The notes beneath the pieces were generated by a model, which worked only from the letters and a program-made list of their open reading frames with translations, was not told the DNA's origin and did not search any database. Below, in pieces: positions 50,801 through 64,000 of a stretch of DNA of 64,000 nt (position 1 is its first letter; each line of letters opens with the position of its first letter). A program made the translations under genes and the position numbers. The stretch comes from Raillietiella orientalis (lineage: Eukaryota). The stretch lies in the NCBI GenBank assembly GCA_036172245.1, contig JAYWIR010000082.1:186001-250000 (forward strand). The letters run 5' to 3'.

Positions 50801-53515
50801 CAATGGAAATGAACTGCCAAGCTTCCCAGAGTCCAGTAGAGATTCACCTACTCACAAGTGGCTTCAAGGGTTTCCACACATCAACAGGAAACAAAGAAAA
50901 TTCCCGATTCTCACTCTCTTCTTTAATGCAATTTGAGATGTAAAAGCTAAATCATGTTGGCCTTTCATGTGCATTGGGAACGAAATGAGAGAGAAATAAA
51001 GCAGAGAAGCGTAGATGAGTGTTTTTCATCAGAAAAGGATTGGGGGGGCGAAGAGTTCGCCATGTTTGCGTTTATCCTTATCGAGGGAATCTTTCAAAGA
51101 TCGTAAGGAAAGAAAATTCTGAGAAGAAAAAAAAAATTTACAAGAACTTGCGAGCATCCCAGAAAGATCTTGAGAGCTGTTGCCTCCCAAGAACGAGGTG
51201 CCGAAGCCGGGAACCTAAAGTGGAAAGCACGTCGTCGTCGTGCAATGGAATTTGTGGAGCACCTCGAAAGCAGAATGAAAGGAATTCACTTCTCAGCAGG
51301 AAGAAGGAATCTGCATTGGGTTCCGCCTTCTTGATACATGTAGAAATGTAGAAATGATGCCACCATCACCCTGCTATACATTTTATTCGCCTCTTATTTC
51401 TTCTATCTCTTGGACAGTATGGAACCATCACTGCCTGCAGACTAAGGGATTTCGAATGCTATGCAGAACCCTTCTTTACCTCTGCAAATGGGTTGTCCTT
51501 CAAGACCTATGCTTTCCATTTTTGACCACTCGAATTCATATCATGCATGTAATTATGTCGGCTTTGATGGCTTTTTAATGAGTTTACAAATGTGAAGTGA
51601 TGGCGGTCAACATGATTCGTCTTAGATCACCTCAAGGTCGCAGGTTCCATTAATGAGCCCAGAATTAATAGCTTCTCGAAAGAAGTATCATTCGGTGCTT
51701 TTCCATTCATTCGATGCGATGAATCATCTCATAGATTGCAGTATACTCAAATCGGCAGGATTTTGGTGGGATGGTGGGTGTGGATTCCCGATTTTGAGAC
51801 TTCCAGGTTCCCTTACTTTCGTATCTCCTGTCAGAAGAGAATTAATGAGATGTTACTTGAGCGAATTTATTCCTGAAGCGTTCTTTCATCTATGCGCTGT
51901 TTTCAATTTCTTTCAAGTAAATATTCCTGTCTGACTGGCCCTGCGTCTTCGATCCATCAGTGATCCTGAAGGAATTGGCTCACAAGGCCACTGTTCGTGA
52001 TCGAACTCTGGTTCTTCTAATGGCGAGCCCCAAGTGGAAATTGTCTTTAAGAGAAAGCCGGACTTTGGATGGGCTTCACTGTTCCTTCATCTGGATTCCT
52101 GTTTGAGATTGCTTCTGAGATGTCCAAGCTACGAAGTTAGCTCAGCTATTTCGTTTCCGCTCCTTTGAAGTCCTATTCGCCAGTTAGTGATAGTTCTGTC
52201 GTATTTGCAAGGCAGAACTATCGCTAACCGTCTTCCGAATAGGAACCATGGTGGCCCAGGAAGTCACCACAGCCTATCAAACAAACCCATCTTGTTTCTA
52301 CTGTTTGTGTTTCTGGCTTGGTAGTTTCTACTGACAATCAGCCAATGAAACAACAGATTCTCATTTTGCCGTATGACTACTACCTGCGCCATTTATTCGA
52401 AAAGGATTCCGCGATTGAAATCTGCGTTGCAGGCTCTCGGAAAACTCATAGCTCCACGTCCTGGAATTCCTCCTTGCGTGAATGCCTCGGTAACCGTATC
52501 AACCGGAGCACATCATTGAATTCTGAACTAAATTTTTCTTTCGGCAGAGCATCAAGATCAGGTGAGGAATCAGTCATCGCGTGATGATCAATTCTTCAAC
52601 TCTCAATATCATCCCATCCATCCCCCTTGCTAGGAAACCTTCACAGAATTACATGGGGACTCACGTATGTCACGAAATTTGAGGATTGTTTTCTTTTGAA
52701 ATGCAAAAACACACAGAATTAAAACGAGCTTTGCCTTTCTCTGCTTTCAGATTCCATGGGAACTCCAACTCTTCCCCAAAGATTATTCTGAATGTCTGTG
52801 AATTTTTGAAGAATGGAACGGATCATTGGATTCGGAGAATCTCATTCTGCGCAAAGTTAAAACGAAGCACTCACTCTAAGCACTTAGCTGAAGTGTATTA
52901 ACCATAAGATCCTTCTATGGATCCCAAAGACTTTGGTCACAAGCGCAAAATAAGGCCGATACTTCCATCGAAAATAGCCTCGAGGAATGCGGACATCATG
53001 CTTCTGTGAAAAATGGAACAAAAATGGAGTCTCCTCGATGTCTTAAACTATCAAATGTCAAAAATGTGACTTTTTCAAGTTCTTTCTAAACTTTTTTTTT
53101 GCTTTTTTTTTTTGCACATCATATATTGTGTCATTGGTACCAGTTTACAGTGAACAATAGAGCTCAGTGTACACTGAAATTGAACTTTCAGGTTTTCACG
53201 CAAAAAATAAAACTAGATAGAACGAAGCGTTAAAGCGAAAAATATGGAGATACAAAAAAAAACAAAAACACATGCTCAAAAATGAAATTAATTGGCTGCG
53301 TTTTCAATGATTCCTACAGCTGGACCGCAAGTCAGTGCTGCAAGTGACTTTCAAAGTGCCCTCTTCAACCTGATCACTGAACCCTGACCGATCATTGAAC
53401 AATGCCTGGCAGTGTGGAAACCTTAGGCAATGACAAATAGTCGATCAGGGAAGTAAGACAGTCCAGTGACGCCATTTGGTGGTGTCAGCTGCAGCAAACC
53501 TCTCACGAGACGAAG

Positions 53516-54903
53516 ATGACAGCAGAGTCCTACGCGACGGTGGGTCGTTAGCAGTAACTACCGACGCCTACACTCTCAAGGAGTGGTCAAAAGAGGGAAG
53601 AAGTCCTGTATGTTGCAAGTTAGGAATATCGATGAACCTATCTTGAAGATGAGTCCAGCAGTAGAACCGGAAACTTTCGCTATGGAGCCCGTCAAAATCA
53701 AGGCAGCGACAGATTATCTATCTTGCAGTGTACAAAATGAACATCGATTTCGTATGTATATAGCCCATGGTGCCGTGTGCAAGAGGATCCCCAGTGCATT
53801 TGTGTTGCGAAGAGCTATTCGGAGCCTTAATTGAAAACGGAATTAATGTCAACGGGTGCGTACTCTGCAGGATTTGTGAATGGTAACCACAGTGACCATG
53901 TTCTTGTCCGGGGTCCGTTTTACAGATGACAGGGTGCCATCTGGGACATTTCATCAAGTACTGGAATGTAAAGAAAACTAAAGTAAGAAACTCTAGAAAA
54001 AGATGTCGGCCGCGCGGAGATGAAGTAAACTGATGATGCAGTCATTCCGGGAGTGGCGAACACCGACATCTAGCTCCAGGAAATGACCACACGTGACAGA
54101 CAGCAGCCTGCTTTCTGCATGGGCTGCACGCAGCCATGCATGAGTAACAGCTAGCTCCAAGAATTGCCACGAGTGAGGCCCGGAGGGGCACATGAAGTGC
54201 GTGCGTGCACCCATCCTACTACTGTGAGGTGGAGAGACATAAGAAACGCTATTGCAAGTGCGCACAGAAATGCCAACTACAGGGAAGAACAGAAATTGCT
54301 AAAAAGAACCAGATGGAAGACAACAACCAGAGAAAGAAGAAATCGACGCCGAAAGAGAACCTGACCACGGGTGCGTTCTCCGAAAAGAAAAGTTCTCCGG
54401 AAGCTCAAAAAGAAAAGCAAGAAGCAATTCAGCAAGACATCACCAGCACAGATACATCTAGAAAATGGAGTCATTGTCAATTAAAACACAAGCAGTCCAA
54501 TCATATGAGCAAGGGGCACGACGATTGGAGAAACGCGCGAATGAGCGCAATGATACACCGGAAGCCAGTCAATCTTGTGACTCAAACGACCAACGTGTCC
54601 CGCAGAATCCCATTAATCCCATTAACGCTCAACGACAGATACAACCCACTAATAAAAGAAGTCCTCAAGATTCAGGAACACCATCAAGCTAAGAAAACCA
54701 AGGGAATATCTTCGCTCATAGAGAGGCAAACAAGTATGACTGAACCAAGTGGACACAAAAGAGGCCAGAAGGTGAAACACCAGAGTCCGAAACTCGGCAT
54801 AAGGATCTCGGATCAAATCGCCGAACGAGCATGCTTGACTGAAGGAAATTCCAGAATCCGCAAAGCAGAGGCCATGCCTCAAAGTCAAAAAGCTGCCAAA
54901 TAA
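53516..54903 (+). pseudogene. Decayed non-LTR retrotransposon (LINE) ORF1, gag-like with three CCHC zinc knuckles
   Basis: Begins MTAESYATV (an SYA.V-type start). Frameshifted pieces LIENGINVNG, VTTVTMFLSGV and HFIKYWNV resemble the ORF1 RRM region. Knuckle remnants are CMGCTQP (54116), C-HE-*-GPEG-H-MKCV-R (54165-54206) and S-YY-C-EVER-H-KKRY-C (54214-54255), followed by a K/Q/S-rich tail ending at TAA 54903. It contains stops and frameshifts. Confidence 0.7.
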
Positions 54904-57615
54904 ATCGATATGATCCCTTTCCTGCCGACTAGCAGGAGCGCAAGGTTTACATTGAAGGGTTTTGGACCGAGTATGACGTGAACTCTAAGCATGGAGGTGC
55001 ATAATATCCCAACGAGTGAAGAGCTCATTGTGTTTGGATTCTCTTTTCAAACTGTAATCTCGAGAGAACGATTCCACCACTTGCCGTACCGGGGAAATTA
55101 AAGTTTGCTTGGGTCATGGGAGGGGAAGAAGGAAATTCGGAACCTGAACCAAGCAAGTGTGCCCAAACGGTTTCTTCCAGAAAATGCCGTCTCATTTAAG
55201 TAACATTTTTGTACACATTCTGCGTCCATGGAGCTCGAGGTAGCGAATCACAATGGTAAATCTTTATGTTCATACATTAATGGACCTATCCAACCCCTGA
55301 GGGCAAGGGCAGGAGACCGAAGAGAGTACACATAGCTGGGAGAGTCTCCATTTTTGCATTTGCGGAATGATAAACAGACCAGGACGCTTTTGTTCCTCCA
55401 CTTGTTGGACTGGGAAGAAACTCTGGGAGGAAGCGCAACTGGCGAATGGTCCCTCACTAGAGAAAGCGGGCTGCAACACGTGTCACTCGTTTTGTCGTCC
55501 AGAATGATAAGGTACAGCTCTCGGAGGTTCTCAGCAAGAATGTCTTGTTACTTTCCCAGAAGAGCTTACCAAAAACTGAGGAAACTCTTCTCTAAGTAGT
55601 AGGATTTCGATCTCTAACGCAAACCCGAAACCGCGAGAAGTTTGTTGGATCCGTTCTTTTTGAGCCAACAGTTTCGGGTAGAAAGCCTTGGTCTTCCCCG
55701 TGCATCGTATTTGTTCTTCCGTCATTTCCGAAACCAACTTTCAGACCTTCGACCGTTGTCATCCTGAAGCAACATAACGGAAGACGTGCATTTGGTGACT
55801 CAAGGGTTGGTGCTAATCGAGAGTACTACAGGGTTCATCGCAGCGTTCCTAAGGATGGAGAGCTGAGAATCGAAGAGAAACCGAAAATCACAACCCAAGC
55901 ACACCGGAAAGCAACTTTTATTTACTTTGTTTGGTTTCCGGTTGAATTTTTCAGCTTTGAGGATGCATTTCTCGCATTCAGATTGTGAGTGAGCAGAAGC
56001 GGGTTCCGTTTGAGGTGAAAAGGCGTATCGACGAAAGGTCGACACGAAGAGATACCGGATTCCTCCTGTTCAGGAAGAAAGTAGGGAAGAGGGAGCGACT
56101 GACATCGTGTATGTGTGTTATTAAGCTCGTCTGCATTCAGGCATTTTTGGAACGAGATGCAGTCCATGCCCCTCCATGGCAACTCATGAATTTTTCGAAA
56201 CCACATCGTGCCTCTCCCTCTGCAGGCATTCGGATTGGAAAATGACCCTGTGAAAACCTCTTTCAGAACAGCTATTCATTCGGCCTCCTGAATTTCGTCC
56301 TGGGTTCCTCCTAGAAGCAAGCGGAAGGCAAAGTCAGTTGCCTTTCTCATTGAAAACCCCGTAAAAGCTTGCAAATGCTCTCGAGTAGGAAGATAGAGAA
56401 TTTGAGTCGTCTGTGTCCAAATGCCCTCCAAAGGGTCAGGACCTGTATAGAGTGTTCAGAGGTAAGTTCAGAGAATGTGGTGGCCTTCCAGATGTGTCCA
56501 TGGCTACCAAGAATACTGATTGGTAGATTTCCTCGGATGTTTGATTTACCGATGACTTCTTCACGTCTCCTCGAGACAGTGCTCTCCCTTTAGCTGCAGA
56601 TGACCTCGAGTGCTTAAGTTACAATGATTTCTTCAGCATCACTTTCTGAAAACAAAGACCAAATGAAAAAAAGAAAAAGATGAGAAAGCACGTCGTTTGC
56701 TTCTCACGAAACAAACACCTGACTTCTTTCTCTTGTTGCTGGCCTCTCCTTTTTTTTTCGTTTTACTGCTCCTTTTCTCCATCCAGTTTCTTGGATATTC
56801 TCACTTGTTCTTTTTCTAGGTTTCGGGAAGGAAGAAGTATATTCCACCATTTCCTGAGAATATATAGTGTGGTTATTTTATCTTCTGAGGCATCTGCAAC
56901 GAGGAGGGATATTAGATCTTCATTATTCAAGATGGATGTTCTCCCACCCATCTTGAGTGCCTGATGAGCCTGGTGAAGAAAGTCTCTTCTTCGGAGCCTC
57001 ATCCTTAAAGCAATTTTGAAATGGCTCCTGCGCTTCCTCAGCAAGGGAGTCGGGTCGAAGGGATACAGATTGTGCCTGCTCATCTCGCCAAAAAGAGTTC
57101 TTTACGTGGGAGAATGAAGTCCTCAAAGATTCGTGAACTCGCTCTACTTCCAAGGATGCAGAAATAATGCGGAAGAGGAAATCTCAAAAACATTCGATTC
57201 CTGAGATACCAGTGGCCTTGATTACATGAAACGTGAAGCAGTGAGCAAAACCAAGAAAAAATAGAGCAAAGGGGCTGGGGGGATTCGTACGCACACCCTT
57301 ACATGTAAACTTCACCTAACCGAATCAATCTCCGAGGTCTTTGGGGAATGAAAAAAAAGAGAAACAGGGAGATAATTTTAGACTTTATCAATGCCTTCAC
57401 TTCACTCTGGATCGACCGATCAAGAGTGAGGTTTCCATAAGGAACTTTCGAGCCTCTGTGTAACGTAAGCTTGCGTGTCCTTCTACTCCCTTTCTGTTCA
57501 CCCTCTTGTTGGCAGAGGCAGCATAAGATCAGCATCTCATGCTGAGGTTTTCGGTATGAACTTCGGCAGCTGTGCTACTATATGGCTGATCGGACGTCAG
57601 CACTGTCTGCACAGT

Positions 57616-57642
57616 TGAATGTGGACACAGTGAATGTGGACA
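57616..57642. repeat. 15-bp-period tandem duplication
   Basis: tgaatgtggacacag followed by tgaatgtggaca. Confidence 0.85.
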
Positions 57643-60600
57643 GGCAGCGCGATGTTGTGCCCTTAAATCGCCCTTCTTCGAAGAGCTTTTTTCGGAAGGG
57701 TTTGGAACAGAGGGTCAGAAGCACACACTCTTGAGAACTGATGAAATGATGGTTCAATGAAGGAATCTACATGGATGGTGATACCATCTGAAAACGAGAT
57801 CTGGCATCTGTATCTCACCTCTCTCCAGAAAAAAACATCCCCTGATGATGATCTAAAGCGAATGAATTCGTCTGTTTCCTCTTGATGTCTGGATTGCTTT
57901 CTCTCGCATTCATCGTTCCTTACTATGGAAAACTCCTCAATTGCTGCTTCTTGAGCCAATAATTGGATCTGCATCAAACATCCTTCACCTCACCAAGGAA
58001 TTTCCTTGGCAGAATGAAAGACATTGAAATCATTCCGGTGATCTAGACCCTCCAGGTCGCAGCATTCTGTGCATTCGGTCAAAGATTGGAGTGTCTCCTT
58101 GAGGATTACATTTACGAAGATGCAGAAACCCGTAAAGGTCCTGTCGGCAATAAGGAGTATTTTTATGTAAGAAAGTGTATTGAGAATAGGATTAAGGTTG
58201 GTTCATCTTTTCAAGAAATCCACTGAAACTATCATCACGTTAAGATGTAGCTCGGAGCCACGTGCCACACGATAGAGGACTTTTTCCTGGCACTAATCAC
58301 CTGCCGAAAATCCTGTTTCTGAACTATGGAATCCTTCAGCACGCATCGTAAAGTAGTATCGGCGGAGAGTGACACAGTTACCCAAAAAACCAGGGGAGTT
58401 TTGAATGAATGATGACACAGGGAAGAGCTCTGGACAGTGAGGCAGGCCACAATGAACCTTTTATTTTTTTTTTCATCCCAGAAGCTGCAGAATTGGCGCG
58501 GCGGCCTCCAGTTAGCAGCTTTTTCACAAAGCACTGCTCGGTTCAAAGCGTCCATAATTCGGTCCAGATAGCAAGCTGGGAACGCTCCAGAATTGACAGA
58601 TTCTCACCCAATGGTGTTTCCCCGGGTTTCAGTAATGAGTAGAAATGGCTCCGACGCACGTGGGGAAAGCAGTGTGGGACGCCCGTTAGGACAGAGAGGT
58701 TTTGGAATGTCGTCTGCCGGGCGTCTCAACGGGAGGGGAGCACGGATTCAAGCATCCTGCTACGGAGCGATTATGCTGACTGCATTGCACGAGACAGATG
58801 ATGCAACGCCTGATATTCTGGAAGACACAAGCTTGCGGAAAAATCTAATCGCAACAAAGGAGTGTTCAGTTTAGGCCTAATCTACTCCTCCTCTTCCCCA
58901 CCCCTATGATGAGTCCGAAGTTGCGTCCGAAAGTCACTGAAATCAATAGAAGACATCCCGTAACAGGGAAGTGACTGCAAATGGATGGGAAACCTTCTAA
59001 GAAGGGATGAATAAAATAGCAGCCTGACGAGCTCGGGGAACAAGGGACTCAGCATTCGCTTTCCAGACCAGGAATCAAATTGTTTTGGTGGTCGACTGCT
59101 CCTGAGGCTGTGCTTGGGTTATCGACTATACCCTCCGCAAACGTTTTCAACATGATACATGGCAGAAGTTTCAGAATCAGCACGATGCATCACGTCCTGA
59201 TGAGATACGATCAATGCACTTCTCACACATATTCGGGTCGATACTTTGTCTCCCTCCATCCTTTGCTTCGTCGTCTCTGACAATTCACAAGAGGTGCTGC
59301 TGGAGGACTCGCTGGTGATTCGTGAGGGCATCCTTGGATACGAGCAGTGGAGGATGATCTTGCCGAGCGAAAACTCCTCGGAACGCATGTCTCAGTGCTC
59401 CGAAGAGACAAAAAAAAACCTGCTCCGAAGAAACAAAAAAACCTGGCGAAGGCGGCTGACATGGTGGAGACATCCTTCAATTGTCTGTAGGAAGCCTGCT
59501 TGATGCAGGTTTCATTTTTGAGTAGGGATGAGGAGCAAGAGGATAGCCACATCACAGGCGAAGAGCTCTAGTCTTCCTCCCGCTGCGTATTTCACGGAAA
59601 ATTTGATTGTCTGATCAGCATATTTCTAGCCTCATCAAAAAAAAAAAAAACATCAACCTTTGATTCCTCTCTTCCTCCAACAGTCAAAGAGCACCCAGAA
59701 ATCCCATCTTCGACTCTCTAACCGTTTCGTTTCGTTTTCCGTGGACCAAAGATTCTTACGCTCTCGCATTCAAGTGGGCCCTCAAAGCTGCTGAAGATTT
59801 GCATTCTGGCTAGCATACCGTCGATCGCACCATCGTAGGGGTGAGAAATGCGGGGAGGCTATCGGGGAGGAAGGGAATGCCGAGCATAGTAGGCGCTTGA
59901 AATGTTTATGGTGTAAAGGAACAGAGGAACCACACTCCTGCCCAGCATACTGTCACAGTTCTTCTCCGTGACAAAAAAAAAAAAAAGGAAAAAACGGGAG
60001 GAAAATCGTTACAGGGGATTTTTATCAAATGACAAGAGATTCCTTCGCATGATAAAACCTCCCTTTCGCTTTTCATGGTTAATACAAAGTTGCTTTCCCC
60101 GCTTCGAAGATTTTGGTGCTGCCTAATTTCGGAAGCGTCCACCTTGTTCTCCCAACTGTTACAGCGGCTGCTTGAAGTTTCAATAAAAACACGGGCATGA
60201 GTCATCTGGGAAACCAACTCCATCGCTAAGGCCCTCCGTCTACGTGTGATTTCATTAACAGTTGATCCAGCTTTGTGAAAATCAGCCATATTGATTGTCG
60301 ATCTACCTCCAAAGCTTTCTCCCAGCTCCAATGATGGCTACCCATTTTCGCTGCATTACCACTGTTTGAGGCACTTTATCTTTGTGATTTTGACCTCCCG
60401 TTTCGTGTCCATGTAGAATCCCCAAGCTTACATTCACTTCGATGCTGAAAATGCAAGTGTTGATCTCTTTACATCTGGTGCCCCATTACATCTGTTTGCT
60501 TTGAAATCGATGAAACGAGACTTTTCTCTACAGATCCTCTCGAATTAGCGGTGCAACATTCTTTAAGTAATCTGATCGCACAGTAGCGCCACTGTGCCCA

Positions 60601-63600
60601 CGTTTGTGTGCTATATCTCCAAGATATGTGAATGAATACGTGTAACTTGGTAACGTGCATGGTAACATTTCAGTTTTTTGCGTGTCAGGATCCCAGAGGG
60701 AACGGGCGCACGGTGTCGAAGATTCCAGGAAAGGAGGCGAATTTCTACTTTGGGGGGAGGAAAAGCAATGCCATACAAAGATTTTTGTACACAAAACAGT
60801 CGTTTGTTGAGGACTGAAACTCCTCAATACCTACAGAACTTGGTACTGAAGCTAACGGGAAACTTCGTCTTCCTATTTGCGCACGAATGGCAGGACGCAA
60901 CCAGTGACTCTGGATGAAAAGCCGTGGAATTTTTCTGGATCATCTCATTGAGTGTTGGCCGCCCCAGCATGACTCCCATGTACAGAGAACACCAGACGAG
61001 CTTTCGGGGAGGGGGAGGGGGCTATCGATTTTGAGACGTTCAACAACCTAACGCGCGCGTGAATACTGTGAAGTACAAGGATGATCCAGGAAGAAGAGTT
61101 GGACGGACAGTGTGCAATCGCGTGTCATCCCATTGCCATCCGAAGGGGACGATAACAAATTCCCATTCAGGAAAGTGTGCGATGCCCTAACAAGTGAGGC
61201 ATCGCTTCTCGGAGTTTCGGCGGAGATGTGAGTGAGAATTAAGGCGATGCACAAGGTGGCACTGATTTATCTTTTCATTTGATAAACAAAGAAAGCAGGG
61301 CTGCATGCACCGTTTCCCCATGACAGCGCAAAAGCACCATACGTCAAAAACAACAAGAGGTTATCTTTCTTTTGTCGTGTTTGCAAACACCGTTCCCAGA
61401 AGGAAAAAGGGTCAGTAAAAGAAGCGAATCCATCCTGTCGTCAAGTTGCTCACGTCACGCAGCCGTTTCGGTATACATGGCAGCAAAACAACGCACGGGA
61501 ACGCAGCCATAATGATTGAGGATCTTTTGAAAATTCCACGAAGAGAGAGAAAGCCAAACAAAGAGTCGACCACGGGACAAATGAAAGAACGAGCCGAAGG
61601 ACACACTGGACAGAGCGCCCTGATTGTGATGCCTGCGTTCGAAAAAATGGCGAGGGCAATCAGCCCTGATAGTACAGGATGATGATGGTGATTTAGTACA
61701 ACAGGGTTATCACATGATCATACGACATGAAGATCAGTTATTCTGTTGCATCCAACTTTGTGCTGTCCTCCTCGCAGGTCGATGGGATCCTTGTTTTGCA
61801 ATGTTTCTTCCATTTATCAAGCAAGGCACTTTTTTGTTTTGGCCCCGACTGGATGCTTTGCTTCCCGAGGAGACGCTCTCTTCCATTGCTCACGAGTGCA
61901 GTTGTATGCTCCGTTCCAGGCATCTCAAGGAATCGAAGACATTTATGGGTTAAAGCCGGCCTTCTGTGTCTTTAACAAGCTCTCCTATAAATTCACATGG
62001 AGATCCAGGCACGCGAGGTCCGAACAAGCACCGGCTCTCCATCATGGCATGCGAATCATCTCTGCCAACATTTTGCGGATTAAAGGAGGCAGCGCTGCTG
62101 CTCCATGGCAGCTGTTTTCCAGAAAAACTAAAGGTGCTTTATCTTTCGGATAGAGCGCTGACAATTCGTTGATACAAATAGAATGAGCCGCAAGCCTTCA
62201 ATTCGGATTAAATTTTATCTTCCATGCAGTGCAACTACGATGATCTTGGTGGGAAGTGGAAGTGCATGCAGCCTCCTTTAGTAAACAACGATCCATTCCC
62301 CCCCTTTCCCCTCCCCCCTTCCATTCAACAAGGACAGTGACAGAATCTGAGGAAATGTGACTGAGTTCCTCAATATCAGCTTCAAATCGACATCAACTGA
62401 AGAAACATAGAAACATCCGAAGCTTGCAAGATGAGCACGTACAAATGAGAATACTTTGAAATCACTAAACCTCCAGCACAATGCTAGATTTTGCAAAGGA
62501 AGAATCATCCGAATGATGGTTTGCTTCGAAAGAGAAACCAACGACCGTTCGTCGATCACAAGCTGCGGCACATCGGGAATCGGGAATCAAGCAATGGAAT
62601 CGTCCTGAAAGATGGAGCTCCCCCCCCGAAGCGATTTCCTGTTGCTCTTTCGAGCCGCTTCGATCTAAGGTTCCTAATTTGCAAGGACCATTTCCTTTCC
62701 CCTTCCTTCGCAGCCCTGGATTCGAATTCTACGAGGACACTTTTGCTCCCGTTTCGTTCGACCCTCAAAGAACGATTCCTCCCTGAAATCTTGTCTTCGT
62801 ACCGTTGGGTTTCAAGACTGTGCAGAGTGTTCCCTATCTTCAAATGGGCCTTGCCTGGCTGTTGAGGAAAATACGGTTTTCATCTCATCCTGCTGCCTGC
62901 ACGGCTTCTACGTAGCTCGGGGCATGCTCTATAGAAAAGTTGAGTAGAAAAGTGGAAGAGGACTGCAGTGATTTGTGAGCGCAAGGTTTATGCCGCAAGT
63001 CAATCTGTGCCTTCGTTTAGCCACATTGGAGTAAACACAAGAAATGCAGCGCAGCGCGCCCTCTATACCTAGGTCGTCGCGCTCCTACACGGTTTCGAGA
63101 CGTAATCCTGCTGTACAACTCTACAGTACAAGCTCAGAAAACCGCCTCCGTTTATAACGTGAATCACTAAGAACTCGTTGACACCACTGCAAGACGGCGG
63201 AATCACACGAGACCGCAAAGCTGCTAAAAAAAACATCCAATTTGCATCCAGACATGCCGTTACCATCCAATACTGCTCCGAAAGCTGTAGAAAGGCCAGG
63301 GGGCAGCTGCTTTTTTCTAAAACGAAGAACCGGCAAGCAGAACTTCAAAGTCAACGGATTTAATTAAGGACGGGGCAAAGTTTACTTTCGCCTATCGCAG
63401 CTGCAGGCAATCAAGGGGTAATTTGGATGAAAACCGTAAGCCTAGTTCCGTAACTCCTGTGATGGAATGGGGGAGGGGACACTGCCTACCCCAGAAGTTC
63501 CATTAAAGAATGACTTATTTGTGGCGAGCAATGCAAACTTGTTGATCGTGGAATATCAGTTTCTGCTGTTGAGAGTTTCATCAACGGCAGTTGATGGTTC

Positions 63601-64000
63601 GGTTTATGCGATCCTAGGAATGTGTGGCTCTAAAGGATTTACATCCTATCAAAACACAGATATGTTTTGATAGGTTTTCAGAGTGGGGACGCTCAGTGAT
63701 ATGGCAGTGCTGAGATCATATAGATCGTGTGGCAGTCCTCCGCGGTGTATTCGCGTCGGAATTTTTCGGCTATCTGAAGACGCTTCATCACATTTAGTAA
63801 CATTTAGTATGCAGCATTGCCAAGAGAAGCAGCTTTCAGAATAAATAGGAAGATAAAGATGGAAGATATCAGGATACGACTAGGAATTTTCGCCCCTTTG
63901 TTTAAGGAAAGGCTGCTCTTCCTGCCAAGTGAACGATCACTGTAAACAGGCTGGAAAGCAGGAATCAAGGAAGAAGGCCGATCCCTGAATGATTGAATGT

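Noticed and set aside
51598..51652. tRNA-like fragment (tggcggtcaa…aaggtcgcaggttccatt)
   Set aside because: The B box is degenerate, it occurs once, and there is no cloverleaf; at best an unrecognisable SINE relic.
57993..58009. Short palindrome ccaaggaa-t-ttccttgg
   Set aside because: An 8-bp arm is expected by chance in 64 kb.

Overview
This is eukaryotic, intron-containing genomic DNA, probably from an invertebrate. The short GT-AG introns and repeat types fit an arthropod, but the taxon cannot be fixed from sequence alone. It is mostly non-coding, and I see no prokaryotic operon, CRISPR array, rRNA or intact tRNA gene. The one protein I recognise is a TMEM272-like four-transmembrane protein on the minus strand, rebuilt from a large last exon (17019-17464), a 60-nt exon the ORF track misses (22333-22392) and a probable upstream exon ending at 23456. 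Phase-consistent exon chains at 47-1201 and 2413-3389 (minus) suggest further unidentified gene(s). The clearest unannotated structure is a ~650-700 bp tRNA-headed SINE-like family present in five copies. It has Pol III A/B boxes, an internal ~40-bp degenerate tandem array and a shared 3' end with A-rich tails. One copy has a decayed target-site duplication, and two copies form a ~1.1-kb head-to-head inverted pair. There is also a decayed LINE ORF1 with three CCHC zinc-knuckle remnants (53.3-54.9 kb) and a probable LINE endonuclease remnant (42.7-43.05 kb). I found no evidence of a novel multi-gene system.
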